Positions 25,099 through 39,114 of a stretch of DNA of 64,000 bases are shown in pieces. Every line of letters starts with the position of its first letter. Positions within the stretch are counted from its first letter, which is position 1. The DNA is from Phaeosaccion multiseriatum (Eukaryota; Protista; Ochrophyta, other classes). Location of the stretch: the NCBI GenBank assembly GCA_965112735.1, contig OZ218953.1:2170001-2234000 (forward strand). The letters run 5' to 3'. Under the pieces are notes generated by a model. The model made no database searches, had not been told where the DNA came from, and saw only the letters and a list, made by a program, of their open reading frames with translations. A program made the position numbers and the translations under genes.

Positions 25099-28000
25099 CT
25101 ACATCTGCCTCTTCCGATAGCCCTTTTTCCGAGCCCCCGCCCCCACCACGGCATCATAAATGTCCTGCGCCGACCCCTCCCCCCCTCCTCCTTTGCCCCC
25201 TCCTCCTCTCGCCTTGCCTCCCTTACTCTTCTTGCCCCCCTTACCCGCCTTCTTGGCATTCGCCGCCAGGGTGAGGCTCCTCCCATCTAGAGGTATATAG
25301 GCATAGGGCTCGAGCTTCTGCCCCTTCTTCTTTACATCTCCGCCCGCCCTGTTTGAGCGGTACTCCGCCCCAGACCCCTTGCCCCCCGCTCCTCCTCCTC
25401 CTCCTCCTCCTCCTCCCTCGCCTCTCCTCGCGCGTTTGCTGCTGGGGTGCTGTGCATGCTGATTGCGAGCGTTCTGCCTCTCCCCCGCGTTGCCCCATCC
25501 CGTCGGTGCCGCAGAGGTGGGCGCAGCAGGGGCATTCACAGATCCTGCCCTCACTCCCTTCCTCTTCCCCTTTCCTCCGGTAGCATCAGCAGCATCGTCA
25601 TCGTCATCATCATTCTCATCGTCCATCGCGCTTCGTTTCCTCTTCCTCCGCTGGCCCCCCTTGCTGCCCCCTCCCCCCTTCCCACCACCACCACCACTAC
25701 CATCATCATCATCATCACTCGACGATTCGTCGTCGCCCACCCCGTACCCTCCGGGAATGATGAGCTTCCCATCCTTCCCGACCTCAAGCTCCATCCCATC
25801 GTCCTCACTACCTGAATCGTTGCCCGCCCCATGTCCATCCTTATCCACCACCCTCATGTTACGAATCATAGACCCATCCAGCAGATCTACCATACCCCCT
25901 GCAAGCACCGCCTGCGCCCCCCCTCCCCCTCCTCCTCCTCGCTCCTCCTTCTCCCCTCTCCTCCTCTGCCGCTGCTCCTGCCGCTGCTGTACCACCAACT
26001 GCTGTGGATGCGCATCCCCCTCCTCCCCCCCCCCGTCGTCCGCCATGATGGCATCGAACGACCTCAATGCCTTCACCTCCCCCCCCTGCTGGCCGGTGTG
26101 GCTGTGCCCACCCCTTAGAGCCTCGTTTTGCTCAGCGGCTATGGCCGAGGCCACGCCCTTGTCCTTCTTGGCCTTAAGCTCTCGCGTTGCCATCTTCTAC
26201 TCGGGCAGCAAGTCAGGAGTAAGTCAGTGATATATGGAGCAGGGCAGGGGGCAGGGGCGGGGGTCAGGGTCAGGGTCGGGGCCCGTGGTGGACGCCAACA
26301 ATAGCATCAAGTAGTCTTTCTTCAACGCGTCGCGAAGAACCGACCGTCCGACCGACCCTGGGGTTGCCCCCCTGTTCCTCAACATAACGTACGTGCGTAC
26401 GTACCTGCATGTGAGTGAGAAGTTTGAGGTCGTCGGGCGGCACGAGCGTCTTGATGGCCTCAAAACCGAACTTGCGGCACAGCTTGGACAGCACCACCTT
26501 GATCTTGCCACGGAACTTTTGCCTGTGGTGAGTGAGTTGGTGATTCAGAGGAGGGAGGGAGGGAGAGAAGAGGGGACAAAAACAACAAAAGAGAGGGAAA
26601 GACGACATGAGATAGGAGACACACGTACAGAGGGCCTGTAGAGGAGTTTATAGAGGAGGATGCACACGTCTTCTGTAAGAGGCATGCTCTCTCGCTCACC
26701 TCATGTCCGAGGGGCACTGCACCATCATGCCCTTGATAATGTCGGGCACCAAGGGAGAGAGCATGTTGATATCGCCCCCCCCGACCACCACTCTGAGCAG
26801 GTCCAGACTCGCTTTCACCACCTCTCTGTGAGGCTCTTGAAGCAGCAGCAACACCGTTCTGTGTCGCAAAGGAAGGGTCCAATACAATATCCCCCGAATA
26901 AGCAAAGCAAAGTAAATGAAGAGAGCGAGAGCGCGTGAGAGGGCGGTTAAGCATGTTGGTGATACATCCACCACCACCAGCAGTAGCAGCAGCAGCAGCA
27001 GACAGTGCTATACACACACGTGCGCACACAACACACACGCATGAACACACGTGAAACACACACACACACGCACGCACACACACGCACACGCACACGCACG
27101 CACACACACAAATTTATATACACACAGACTGAGTACGCTCTTTCGCCCACCTGATGAGATCAGGGCCGAGAGCAACGACCGCCGGCGACACATGCGGACT
27201 CCGAAAGTGCGCAAACTCAAAGTGGAGCCTCGCCAGCGCCAGGAGAGTAGCCGATCGCATGTGAGGCGTGGCTCCAGCAAGTCCGGCCACAACCGCAAGC
27301 ACCAAGAGCTCGGGTTTGTTGCCCGGGGGCTGTGCTCGAGCCAGCAAGACGAGTAGGGAGAAAGCCAGAGAACGGGTGCGTCGACTTGGGTCCTTGGTGC
27401 AAAGGACTGCTTCCCCGATTACAGATGGCTTGGCCTGCTCCATGGCGGTTTCAAAGGCCTCGTCTACTTCCACGTAGGCTCCAGCAAAGTCCTTCTGCTC
27501 CTCTGCATCTAAGTCGTCGTCATCTTCGTCGCCCTCCTCCTCCTCTTCCTCCTCCTCCTCGTCCCCCTCCTCCACATCATCATCCTCGTGCAGTTGGCCC
27601 TTCAATGCTCCGCCATTTGTGCGGCCACTCGCTCCTCCTCTCCCGCTAACACCGCCGCTGCTACTCGCGGCGTGCTTCCTCTCCCACGTCCACACAAGAA
27701 TCCTCAGGCAGCGCAGACGAAGGGGCCTGGCGGTGGTGTGGCAGGTGGGCAGGGAGGTAGCCAACAGATCCAGCACATCCTTCGCCCCCCCACCGACGAG
27801 GAGAGCCTTGCCCTGGCTCTGCAGGAGAGAGAGGAGGGCGCGGTAAGCCTTCTTTTGGAGGAGAGCGCTGCTGTCGTCTCGGATGAGTGGCTTGGTCACA
27901 CGGTACAGAAGAGTGGCGCCGTCCTCGTACAGACTATGGCGTCATGCGATGGTGGCGGTGGGGTGGCGGGAGGAGGGAGAGTAGAAGACAGACACTATTA

Positions 28001-30225
28001 CAAAGACTTATCGAGAAGGACGAAGCAAAAAGACGGGAGAGACAGAGTGCGCGTGCTAAAAGCATGTCCGTGAGATCAGCTCGGCCCACCCACCCCAACC
28101 CCACCCTGAGCCCACCCGCACCCCCCATCCCCCCACTCACATCCACTCACTCACCCACCCACCCACCCACCCACCCACCGCACCTTGGCGTGATGCCAGC
28201 AGCGGCCTCTAACAACACCATGACCTTGCCCTCCAAGGCTGCTGCTCGGCCCCTCTCTTCATCCACGGCCGCCTGCCCCTCGGTGTGTGTTGAGGAGCCG
28301 ACGGAGGCGCCGCACTGCTTCAGTGACTTGGTCTTGGTGTTCTTGCTCTGCATGGAGAGCGTGTAGGCTTCTGAGGCCTGGGAGTGAGTGAGTGAGTGAG
28401 TGAGTGAGTGAGTGAATATGCCACATGCAGTGCCATACGGCGATGTTCTTTACCTGAAGAAGCTTCTGCACGAGTTTCTTGAACATCTGTTGCAGAAAGG
28501 GCAGGGGCGCCACAGCCGCGAAGGATGCCACAGCTTTGCACACCGCCTTAGCGGCCTGCCCCCCGGGGCGGTGAGTGGGGGGGGGGGAAGGGGTGCGTGT
28601 GTATTGGGGGGGGGGGGGGGGGGAAAGGTAAGGGAAACAACACCACCAACAAAGCCAAGCGCCCTTCACCCTTGACCCACACACTTCTCCCATCCATCCT
28701 CTCTCATCAGCATCGTGTCAACCAAACGGGCCCCGGCGGTATCAGACAGTCAGTCAGTCAGTCAGTCAGTCAGTCAGGTCAGTCAGCAGTCGGTCAGTCA
28801 GTCAGTTAATCAGTCAGTAAGCCAGCCAGTCAGTTAGGAACGACCACACACCTGTGCCTCCTGCGATTGCGGTGTGGGGCCCGCAGCGTGAGCCTCGAGC
28901 ACTTGCAGAAGCTTGGGAAGGAAGCGGGTTGAGGTGACGCTCACCATCTTAAGGGCAGACGGTGTCGAGGAGGGGGCAGAGGAGGCCTGTGGGCATGGAT
29001 GGTGGTGCAGGGTAGGGTATTGGTGACAAGATGGAGAGAGAGGGTAGGGTATTGGTGACAAGATGGAGAGAGAGGGTCGGGAAAAGGTGACAAGATGGAG
29101 AGAGAGGGTAGGGTATAGGTGACAAGATGGAGAGAGAGGGTAGGGTATTGGTGACAAGATGGAGAGAGAGGGTAGGGTATAGGTGACAAGATGGAGAGAG
29201 AGGGTAGGGTATTGGTGACAAGATGGACAGAGAGGGTAGGGTATTGGTGACAAGATGGAGAGAGAGGGTAGGGTATTGGTGACAAGATGGAGAGAGAGGG
29301 TAGGGTATAGGTGACAAGATGGAGAGAGAGGGTAGGGTATTGGTGACAAGATGGAGAGAGAGAGAGGGTAGGGTATAGGTGACAAGATGGAGAGAGAGGG
29401 TAGGGTATTGGTGACAAGATGGAGAGAGAGGGTAGGGTATTGGTGACAAGATGGAGAGAGAGAGGGTAGGGTATAGGTGACAAGATGGAGAGAGAGGGTA
29501 GGGTATTGGTGACAAGATGGAGAGAGAGGGTAGGGTATTGGTGACAAGATGGAGAGAGAGGGTAGGGTATAGGTGACAAGATGGAGAGAGAGGGTAGGGT
29601 AGAGGTGACAAGATGGAGAGAGAGGGTCGGGTATTGGTGACAAGATGGAGAGAGAGGGTAGGGTATTGGTGACAAGATGGAGAGAGAGAGTGTAGGGTAT
29701 AGGTGACAAGATGGAGAGAGAGGGTAGGGTAGAGGTGACAAGATGGAGAGAGAGGGTAGGGTATTGGTGACAAGATGGAGAGAGAGAGTGTAGGTATAGG
29801 TGACAAGATGGAGAGAGAGGGTAGGGTAGAGGTGACAAGATGGAGAGAGAGGGTAGGGTATTATGTCACAAGATGGAGAGAGAGGGTAGCTTCCTCCCTC
29901 CCTCCCTCCCTCCCTCCCTCCTCCCCCCTCCTCACCTCATCCCCCAGCAGCTCCTCTCCGACGCCCCCTGTGCCGCCCCCCGCCTCCTCCCTTATCCCAT
30001 CCACAAGCACGCTCAGGCCCTCACAAATGACAGCGACGAGCTCCGGATACCTCTCGTCCGCCATGGCGTTGGCCAGCAGAGGCGCTAGCTTGCCGAAGGA
30101 TGTGGCCACGTCTGTCGGGCTGTGGCAAACCGACGGGAAAAGAGCCCAGAGCTGGGCTACTCGGACCTGTGTAGAGGAGGAGGAGGAGGGGGAGGAGGAG
30201 GAGGAGAAGGAGGAGGAGGGAGGGG

Positions 30226-30257
<32 letters not shown>

Positions 30258-30468
30258 GGAGGAGGAGGAGGACGACGAGGAGGAAGAGGAGCAAGGGGCA
30301 GGAGGAGGCGAGGAGGGGGATGAGGAGGAGGGGCACACACACGAGGGGCAGAGAAGAGAATAGAGGGGAGATAAAAGAGGAGAAGAGTTGGGGCCTCTCC
30401 CTCAACCTCTCACCAACCCTGTCTCACGCTCTCTCCCCCCCTCTCCCCCAGCCTCTCTCTCCCTTGCG

Positions 30469-30509
<41 letters not shown>

Positions 30510-33500
30510 ACTCACCTTCTGGTCCTTCGCTTCGTTTGCCGTGCACTTTCCGCTCTTGACGATGGCGTCGCAAGCCCGTGCGGTGCCGAGGATGGATGCC
30601 TGGAAGAAGGCCAGACTCACGGAGCACGCTTTGCTGTGTTGCTGAGCGAGTGTGACGAGAAAGGACAGATACAGATAGGAGGGGTGACATACAGCCTTGT
30701 TATATCCATTACATATCGGAAACAAGATGGACGCTCAGTTCACATATACATACCACACACACACACACACACACACCCCACTCTCCCCATTCACACACAC
30801 GCATGCACGCACGCACACACACATACACACACGCACACACACACGCACCTTCAAGAGCGGCAGCAACCATGCCCGTGAGTCTGCAACCCCCTGTGTGGCC
30901 GGTGTGCCCCTCGGACAGAGAGAGAGTACCTGCAGCACTTTCTCGGGCCCCACCCCCTCGACGGCCAACCCTACTGCCTCGTCAAGGGCAGCCATCACGC
31001 CGGGGAGGGACGCCTGGAGAGGGGGGAGGGGCGAGGGGGGGAGGGGAGAGGGGAGGGGAGAGAGGTGGGAGAGGAGCGGGGGGGGGAGGAATGGGGCGGG
31101 GCGTGTGAGGGGGTGTAGAGGGCGGACATCAGGTACTGACTGACGGACTGACGGACTGACACCAGATACTACCTGACTGCCTGACGGACACCAGATACTG
31201 GCTGACTGACTGACTGACAGACCGACAGACTGACACCAGGCACTGACTGATTCACTGCTTGACACCAGGTTACTGACTTCCTGACTGGCACCATGTACTA
31301 CTGACGGACTGACACCAGGTACTGCTACCTGACTGACTGACTGACCTGCGGCACGCTACTGAGCGCATCGTGGAGGTCTCCAAGGCCCTGCAGAGTGCTT
31401 GCAAGAGCAGGGAAGGCGTTCCCTCGGAGGTGTCTGAACAGACGGCCCAGAAGGGGAAGCGAGCGAGTCCACGACTGCTGGTACCTGGTGTCAGTGAGTC
31501 AGCAGTGCGTCCAAAAAAGAAGGAGTGAGTCAGCAGTCAGTCAGCAGTCAGTCAGCAGTCAGGCACTCAGGACCTGGTGTCAGTCACTCGCTCACTCATT
31601 CACTCCGTCCGTACCTGTACTGCAGCAGACCCTCTAAGCCACACAGCACCGTCTCCAGCACACACGGCTTTCCCACCCCTCCTCCTCCTCCTCCCCCTCC
31701 TCCTCCTTCCGCCCTGGCCTTGTTCTTTGCAAGCTCTTTCACCAGGTCGTCGCCGACACAGGTCTGGAACATGAGGTTGAGAGATCCGACGGCAGCTTGG
31801 TGCACTTGGGTAGAAGAGCTCTCGAGGTACCCAACCAGGCTCTGTGTGCAGGGGGAGAGGAGGCGGGCAGACGCCTGGTGGGAGCGCATGTGCAGAGTAA
31901 CCATGGCACTGGGGAGGAGGAGGAGGAGGAGGAGGAGGAGGGAGAGGAGGGAGGAGGAGGAGGAGAAGGAGAATGAGGAGGGAGGGAGGAGGAGGAGGAG
32001 GAGGAGGAGGAGGGGGGGGAGGCGGGAGGAGCCACGTAAACACACATACACACGCACCTGCCCAGAAGTTGCGAGAAGGAGATGGCACCCGAAACGTTAG
32101 TGCGATTGGGCTGCACATCCATGAGCCCAATGAGGAGCTCACTCTGCGCCTCTGCAGACAGCGCCTGGGAGGGGCTCTGGAGTACCCCACTGAGGCACTG
32201 CATGGTGGCAGAGGTGAGGGCAGGGACGGCCAAGGAGGGCAGGCGTAGCATCTGGCTGGACACGCTGCTCGCTTGGGCCTGGGGAAGCAGAGGTACTGCT
32301 TCTCGCATGAACTGAGTGTGGGGGGTGTGGCCAATGCCATTGAACAAGGCGAGGGGGTTGGGTTGTGTTGAGTTGGGCGGGGTGGGGTGCAGAGGAGAGG
32401 AGAGGAGGGCGGGGGCAGGGGACAGGCAGTGCGGAGGAGACACACGACGCGCAGACGTGGAATGTTGAGCAGCTGTTGCACGACGAGAGATGGGTGGATG
32501 GAGAGAGAGAGAGAGAGAGAGAGAGAAAGGGAGACTGGAGGACGAAGAGACGCTTCAGAGGCAGTCAGGCTAGGTCTTGCCCAGCCAATCTATCCAAGGG
32601 TCGTCTTCCATCCCCTTCTTGCCCTACATATGGGGTTGCTGTCGTACTATCTGCAGCACCCTTAGCTGACTTACTACATACCTGGAGCAGATGCATGGCC
32701 TTCATGCTGTCCTGGCCGGTGCAGTCCTTCATCACCGCGATGCAGAACTCCGCCACATGGGCCGGGGCGTCTTTGGGGGCTCCCTTCCTCGTCTTCTTCG
32801 GCTTCCCAGCCCCCACTGCCCCTCCTCCCCCGCCACCCTGCTTGTTCTTTAACACCTCCAACACCCCCTCGTGTGCCCCCCTGCGCACTTGGGTTCGGCG
32901 GTCATTAAAGAAGTTGAGGAGGGTGTGGAAGACGCGAAGCACGGCAGGGTTGGCCCAGGCCGACGCACTTTGACCCTGAGCCGCGAGGACAAGGCCCAGG
33001 CAGTGCAGCAGTCGGCCCAGTAGAGCGTCGTCGTCGCCGTCGGCATTGGCCTGAGGGAGGGACGGGCAGGAAGAGAAGAGAGATTGTGAGTAGAGGCGCA
33101 CGGCGAGATAGAGAGAGAGAAGCCTTGGAAGAACCTCGCCCCGCGCCCGTATCAATGTGGGGGTCCAGCAGCAGCCGCAAAGCAGGGGCTTCACATCCCA
33201 TCCACCCACACGCCACCTATCAATTGGCAGCGGTGTCCAGGTGTGGCACCTGTCCCCTGCCGATCCTCGGTCGTCAGTTAGGACTTCTACGCTCACTCAT
33301 TGACCCACCTTGAGGACTCGAGCGAGAGCAGACGCCACAGGCACAAAGCTTCCCTGCAGCATTGCGGCCTTGGCGTGGGGCAAAACGTACTCGAGCAGCA
33401 CCAGGCATTGCAGGGTATGCGTCTGGCACTCGCCTCCGAGCATGGACAGTAGCCCCAACGCATATTCCGTCGCTGTGGCGCCTCGCAGCCCCCCCCCGCC

Positions 33501-33671
33501 CCCCGCCTCCTTCTTGCGCTGCGAGATGATGTCCTGCACAGCCTCCAGCACAGGGAGGGCCTCGGTTGCCTTGGCATCGCCGCCGAGAGCTTCCGCCCTC
33601 AGCTGCGCGAAGGAATCGAAGGTGGCCACCGCCGCTGCTCCGGTGGGTCGCCTCCACCCTTCCAGTGCCAT
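25099..33671 (-). CDS. RRP12: Ribosomal RNA-processing protein 12 (HEAT-repeat/NUC173 protein)
   Basis: C-terminal signature GSGAEYRSNRAGGDVKKKGQKLEPYAYIPLD. Internal RRP12-like motifs: AVEGVGPEKVL..L, RAWLLPLLK, QLWALFPSVC..PTD, LQKKAYRAL, EAVLCTKD...RTR..AF.LL, AGLAGATPHMRSAT..ALARL.FEF, REVVKASL, RKFGFE. ATG at 33671 (MALEGWRR); many exons. Confidence 0.9.
29010..29888. repeat. Minisatellite, ~27 copies of a 32-bp unit (GGTAGGGTATTGGTGACAAGATGGAGAGAGAG) in an RRP12 intron
   Basis: Directly visible tandem array. Variation is in TAT(T/A)GG and in the length of the GA run. Confidence 0.95.
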
Positions 33672-33912
33672 GATGGGCGCGATCTCTTCACTTAAAACAC
33701 CCCTAGCCACGATCCGCAAAAAAGAGAAAAAAAAAAAAAGCCAGCCACAACTCTCTCATTGCCTTACTCGTCCCCCACCCCCTGGGGCATATCGAGCCCA
33801 AACAGGCACAAGGAGGTTTGCGCGCTCAAGATTAATGGGGATTGAAGGGAAGGAGAGGAGCAGGCCTTGTATAGTGTAGAGTAGTGCTCTCCAAGGAGCC
33901 CGTAGGATAAGA

Positions 33913-36900
33913 TATGGAGCAGCTTAGCGTAGATATCTCCAGCCATGACATTACCCATCAGCTTGAACAGCAGGAAAGTTCGACACTTGACAAGGCCTCG
34001 GAAGCAGCAGCAGTAGCGCTGGCGACAGCGGTGGTAGCGACTCCTGCAGAGATACCACTGGAGGGTGCGGGGTTTGGCACCACTGAGGACGGGGCAGACG
34101 GGCCATTGAACGGCGCAGTAGGAGGTGCAAACAACGACGACAACGAGGTGGATGGAAAGCTGTTCATCGGGGGGGTATCGTGGCAGACAACTGAGGAGTC
34201 TTTGAGGTGAGCTGTGGTGGGAGGGTGGGGGAAGGAAGGAAGGGAGAGCAGATCTCCAGGGGCAAGAGCGATCCTCTTTTCTCTCTTGCCCTCCGCGTTG
34301 AAGTGGACAGGACAAATCTTTGGGAATGGATTGCTTTTTTCTCCCCCCCCAAACCTACCCAGAGACGAAAGGGACGGGGGGTGTGAGAGATGGCTTTTAA
34401 TCGGGCTCAGAAGGGGCAGCTATCCCATCGCACACGGCTCCTCCTACACATACCCGGGGCCGGGGCCAGCGGCGTGGTCATGGTTGAAGTAAGAGCTCAA
34501 ACAGGAACCGGAACCTGAGAGCGGCTTCACTTCTAAACGCGATGCCCCCCTCCCCCCCCTCCCCCCGCGACCCGCTCTTACGCCTGTGCCTGTAAAACTT
34601 GCCTGCATGGTGTGGTCCCAGGGAATATTTTGAGAAGTTTGGGGCATTAACAGATGTGGCTCTGATGAAGGACAAGTACACCGGGCAGCCGAGAGGCTTT
34701 GGGTTTATCAAATTCCAAGATGCAGAGATCCTGGATACTGTGCTGGAGCTGGAGGTGAGTGATGTGAAGCAGCTGGACACGCAGGGAGGATGAGGTGCTT
34801 GGAGAGTGTGCGCGCGCCGTGTGCAAAAGATGGGGAAGAAGTGACTTGAATAGGGCAAGAGGAACCGAGAGAGAGAGAGAGAGAGAAAGCGCGGGGAGAA
34901 ATCACACAACAGGCGTGAGCGAGAGAGAGAGAAGTAGGAGAGGGAGACCGATTGCTGCGCTGCCCACGCAGAGATACCGAGCCCTACATCAGTGTGCCGC
35001 CTCCGCGTATCCTGCCTCAGCCGTTGTTCCTCCCCTCTGCCCTACCGCTCCCCCCTCCCCCCTCCCCCCTCTGTGTTGCACCTGCAGCATACGATTGACG
35101 GACGTACGGTGGACGTGAAATTGGCGGTTCCGAAGAACGAAGCTCCGGGGCCGCAAAGAGCAGCAAGCAGCAGGCCCCTCGAGAGCAACAAGATCTTTGT
35201 CGGGGGCCTCGCTCCGACTGTCAACGTCTCGGAGTTTCGATCGGTCAGTAACATCAACAGCCTTTGTTTTATCTCGTTTCTTCCTCTGTCCTTCTGCCCC
35301 TCTAAACCATCACGGCACAGCCTATCTCAGAGGGCATGCGCAGAGCGTTTTCGGGTTGGCTTGTCGCTTCGCTGTCTTGTCGTCTACCTGCGGATGTACC
35401 CTTGCCTCCTCTCCTCTCCTGTCTCTCCCTCGCTGACTTCCACTTCACTCACATCCCTCCCCCCCCTATCTGCTCATTCTTCTTCTTCTTCTTCTTCTTC
35501 TTCTTCTTCTTCTTCTTCTTCTTCTTCTTCTTCTTCTTCTTCTTCTTGTTGTTGTTTCCAGTACTTTGAAGGCTTTGGGCATGTGGTGGATGCGGTGGTA
35601 ATGTTCGACCGCCAGACGCAGCGATCGAGGGGCTTCGGCTTTGTCACTTTCGAGTCTGACGCTGTGGTTCACAATGTGCTCATGGGCACGCATGAGGTAT
35701 ACTTGATTGTGAAAAGGCGAGAGAGGGGAGAGAAGGGGAGGGGCCTTCAATGGCGTCGTGGCACGCCGCTCTCCTAACTTTCCCCCCTCTTCAGTGACTC
35801 ATCCCCTCTCTGCTCTATGTTCTGTTGTTTGGCTGCTTGACTGCATCGGTTCTATCGTGCCTTTGATTCAACACAATCAGGTTAGCAGCAAGATGGTGGA
35901 GGTAAAACGAGCAGAGCCCAAGGAGTCTCGGGGGGGGAGGGGAAGTGGAGGCGGGCAGGGACAGGGACAAGGGCAGGGCCGAGCACCCTTTATGGGCCCC
36001 GGGGGGGCGCAGGGCCCGCCTGGCTACGCCAACAACATGCGGCAGCAACATGTGAGGGAGAGGATGGGAGGAGGGAGAGGGAGAGAGGGATCATGTTGTA
36101 GCAACAGGGGAACCAGGGCAGATGGGAAGGGCCCCACCCGTGGAGTAGAAGGCTCTGTGTGCGGCGGCGGCTGTGATTGCTTTGGATGGCTCTCTTGTGC
36201 TTCCTTTGTCGTTCTCTGATGCCCCCCCCGCTCCTTCCTCCGCCGTCAACAGATGTATGGCGTACCCCGGGGGGCAGCAGCAGGGGGAAGGGGGGGCTAC
36301 CCGGGGCTGTACGGGGCGTACAACAACTCGATGGTCGCCTACAACTACGGGGGTAAGTCATTACGTCATTGAGTCATAACTTACTCAAAACATCTGATCT
36401 GGGGGGCTCTTGTGATGTTACGTGATGTTACGTACGGAACTGGTGCCATAGTGCAGTAGAATTTTGTGTGTGCGTGTGTGTGTGTGCGTGCGTGCCGCTG
36501 TGTGTATGTCTCTCTTCTCTTGTCCTAATCGTTCCGTCCTGTCCCTTCGCCTCCCTCGCCTCCCCAAAAAACCCAACAACCACAGCCTACGGCAACTACT
36601 CTCCAAACTACTCCTACCCCAACCCAGCCGGTTCGCCCTACAACCCCGCCGCTGCAGCCGCCTACGCCTACGGAAGCCCACCAACCTATGGGCAGGGACT
36701 GCACTCGCCCGGACAGCCTCCGGCCACACCGCAGCAGCAGCAGCAACAGCAACAGCAGCAGCAACAGCAGCAACAGCAGCAGCAGCACGCTGGGCAGTAT
36801 CTTCCTCCTCTGCCCGGAGGCGTATACGGCAGTGGCGCAACCCCTCCACACCCCCCCGGACCTGGAGATGGCGGTCACGGTGGGGCGCCCCCTCACCCAA

Positions 36901-37067
36901 ACTTAGTGCACGCGTTGGCGGCCGCGGCATATGCCCAACCGGCGGGGGTGGACCCGGCTGCTTTGTACGGTGCTGCGGCGGCGGGACTGCGGACGGGGCA
37001 GCCATCTGGGCCAGCGTCGCAAGGGGTGAGCGAGCGAGGCAGGGAGGCAGGGAGGCACAGGAGTTGA
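33913..37067 (+). CDS. Two-RRM RNA-binding protein (hnRNP A/B, Musashi/DAZAP1-like) with a Gly/Tyr/Gln-rich low-complexity tail
   Basis: RRM1: [24 protein letters not shown]...[17 protein letters not shown]...[16 protein letters not shown]2: KIFVGGLAP...[28 protein letters not shown]...[12 protein letters not shown]. Confidence 0.9.
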
Positions 37068-37199
37068 AACGGTATGCGGTTTGGTTTTAGTTGGCCCTTT
37101 GCTGTGGGAAGGAAGGAAGTGCTTGCGCCTTTTGCACCCTCCTCCTGCACGATCCTCCTCCTCTTCTTCTTCTTCTTCTTCTTCTTCTTCTTCTTCTTC

Positions 37200-37237
<38 letters not shown>

Positions 37238-38233
37238 ATCTCTCATACCCTTCTCTCATACCCTTCTCTCTCCCTTCTCCTCCTCCTCTTTTTCGTGGAT
37301 CTTAGGCGGGGCTGGAGCCACGAAGTGCTCTCCCCTTGCAACCCTATTGAGCTCTTTGAGTTTGGAGAGGAAGCAGCAGCAGCAACAGCAGCAGTTGGTG
37401 ATACACCAGCTGCAGGCAGGATGTTGATGGGTGGGTGGGTGGGTGGGTGGGTCGAAGGTTTCGGTGGGAGTTGTTTTGGGCCGACTCGCAGGAGACGGGC
37501 ATACGGGGAAAACGGGCATAGGCCTTTGAGGAAGCTCTCCCTTTGAGTGGGGAGGGGAGAAGATGTATGGCGGTCGGCCACCAGACAGTCTAAACACGAC
37601 GAGAGAGAGATTTTTGTAGGAGAAACACACAACTCTCACCGCGTGAACAGAGAGACGGAGGGGGCGGGGAGAGAGAGAGGGGGGAAAGGGGGGGGGGGGA
37701 GGAGAGAGGGGAGGCCCTGCGCTGGTATCAACACACGCCGCATGCTTTTGATGATGAGAAAAGGGGAGGGGGATCCCGATAGTTTCATACTTACGCACGG
37801 CGAGAGCACCAGGAGGATAGAATAGTTTTACCTTTTACTTAACTTCACGAAACTACAACAGCTGTAGAAATGTTTACCAGTACAGCAGCAGCAGACTGTA
37901 AGTATAAGCAGGGGAAGGGGAAGGGGAACACATGGGACGAGTTGTTTAGGATGAAGGAAAGGCTGGGATTGTTCTGTTTGCGTAAGTAGCCAAGAACAAG
38001 GAGGGAAGACTAAAACATGTGGATAACATTTGATATTTTACTTACGGTTTTGCTCCAACTCCCCCTCCCCCACTCTCCCAATTCTGTACACCACCACATG
38101 TTCCTTTTGTACATGCTCCTATCGCTTTCCACCGCCCAACGACGGCCTTGATATTTGACTTCTGGCCTTTTGATGCGGCCCAGTCAAGTCGACCGTCGCG
38201 AATCTGGCCTTGCTCACTCACGCACTCACGCAT

Positions 38234-38680
38234 TCACGCGGGGAGGATGACTTGCTTAGTGTCCTGCAGCAGCGAAATGAGCTCCTTTCGATAGTCGGCG
38301 TCTAAGGCATCACCAATACTGCTCGTCTGTCGGAAGTGCTTCTCCAGCCCTCCAAGCACATCTCCTGTTCCGAGCCGCTCCAACGAGTGGGCCGCCCCCC
38401 CCTCCTCTCCCTTCCCTCGGCATAGAGGAGACAGGCCCTGGGCAGCCAAAAGCACTTTCTCCAACCTCGAGCCGGACACAGAGGAAGCCGCCTGCTCCGC
38501 CTCCGCCACAATCATTCCGTGGACCCCCTTGCACCACACGCCCGCCACTTGCGGCTCAGCCAGCGCCTGCCTCAACCTCCCCAGCTCTGCCGAAGCGTCG
38601 GAGGCACCCGCCGCTGTGTATAAGTCACTCACGAGGGTCAAAATCTTTAGGGCGAGAGCGGTGGGTACAGCACCAGTGCT

Positions 38681-38711
<31 letters not shown>

Positions 38712-39036
38712 GGGGCGGGTACATCGTCGCCCCCACTCATCGCCTTGGCCAAGGCTTGTACGCCTCCTCCGGTGCTGAAGCGGGCCTGCAGAGGCGGGTT
38801 GTGCTGCAGGCCTGCCGACAGGGCGTACACGGCCTTGGCCTGGAGCCCCGAACCGGTCGTGGATGGCTCTTGTACCGCCTGTGGGAAGGAAGGACGAGAG
38901 AGTGAGAGATAGATAGAGAGATAGAGAGAGAGAGAGCCCACTGGTCAGGAGAGGATGTCAAGAAGGCAAGGCGTTCGAAGGAAAGGAGAGACTAGTAGTA
39001 GTAGTAGTAGTAGTAGTAGTAGAAGCAGGAGTAGTA

Positions 39037-39114
<78 letters not shown>

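Noticed and set aside
28834-29838. Three long repetitive ORFs, or a CRISPR-like array
   Set aside because: These are stop-free readings of a 32-bp minisatellite with no unique spacers, lying inside an RRP12 intron in a eukaryote.
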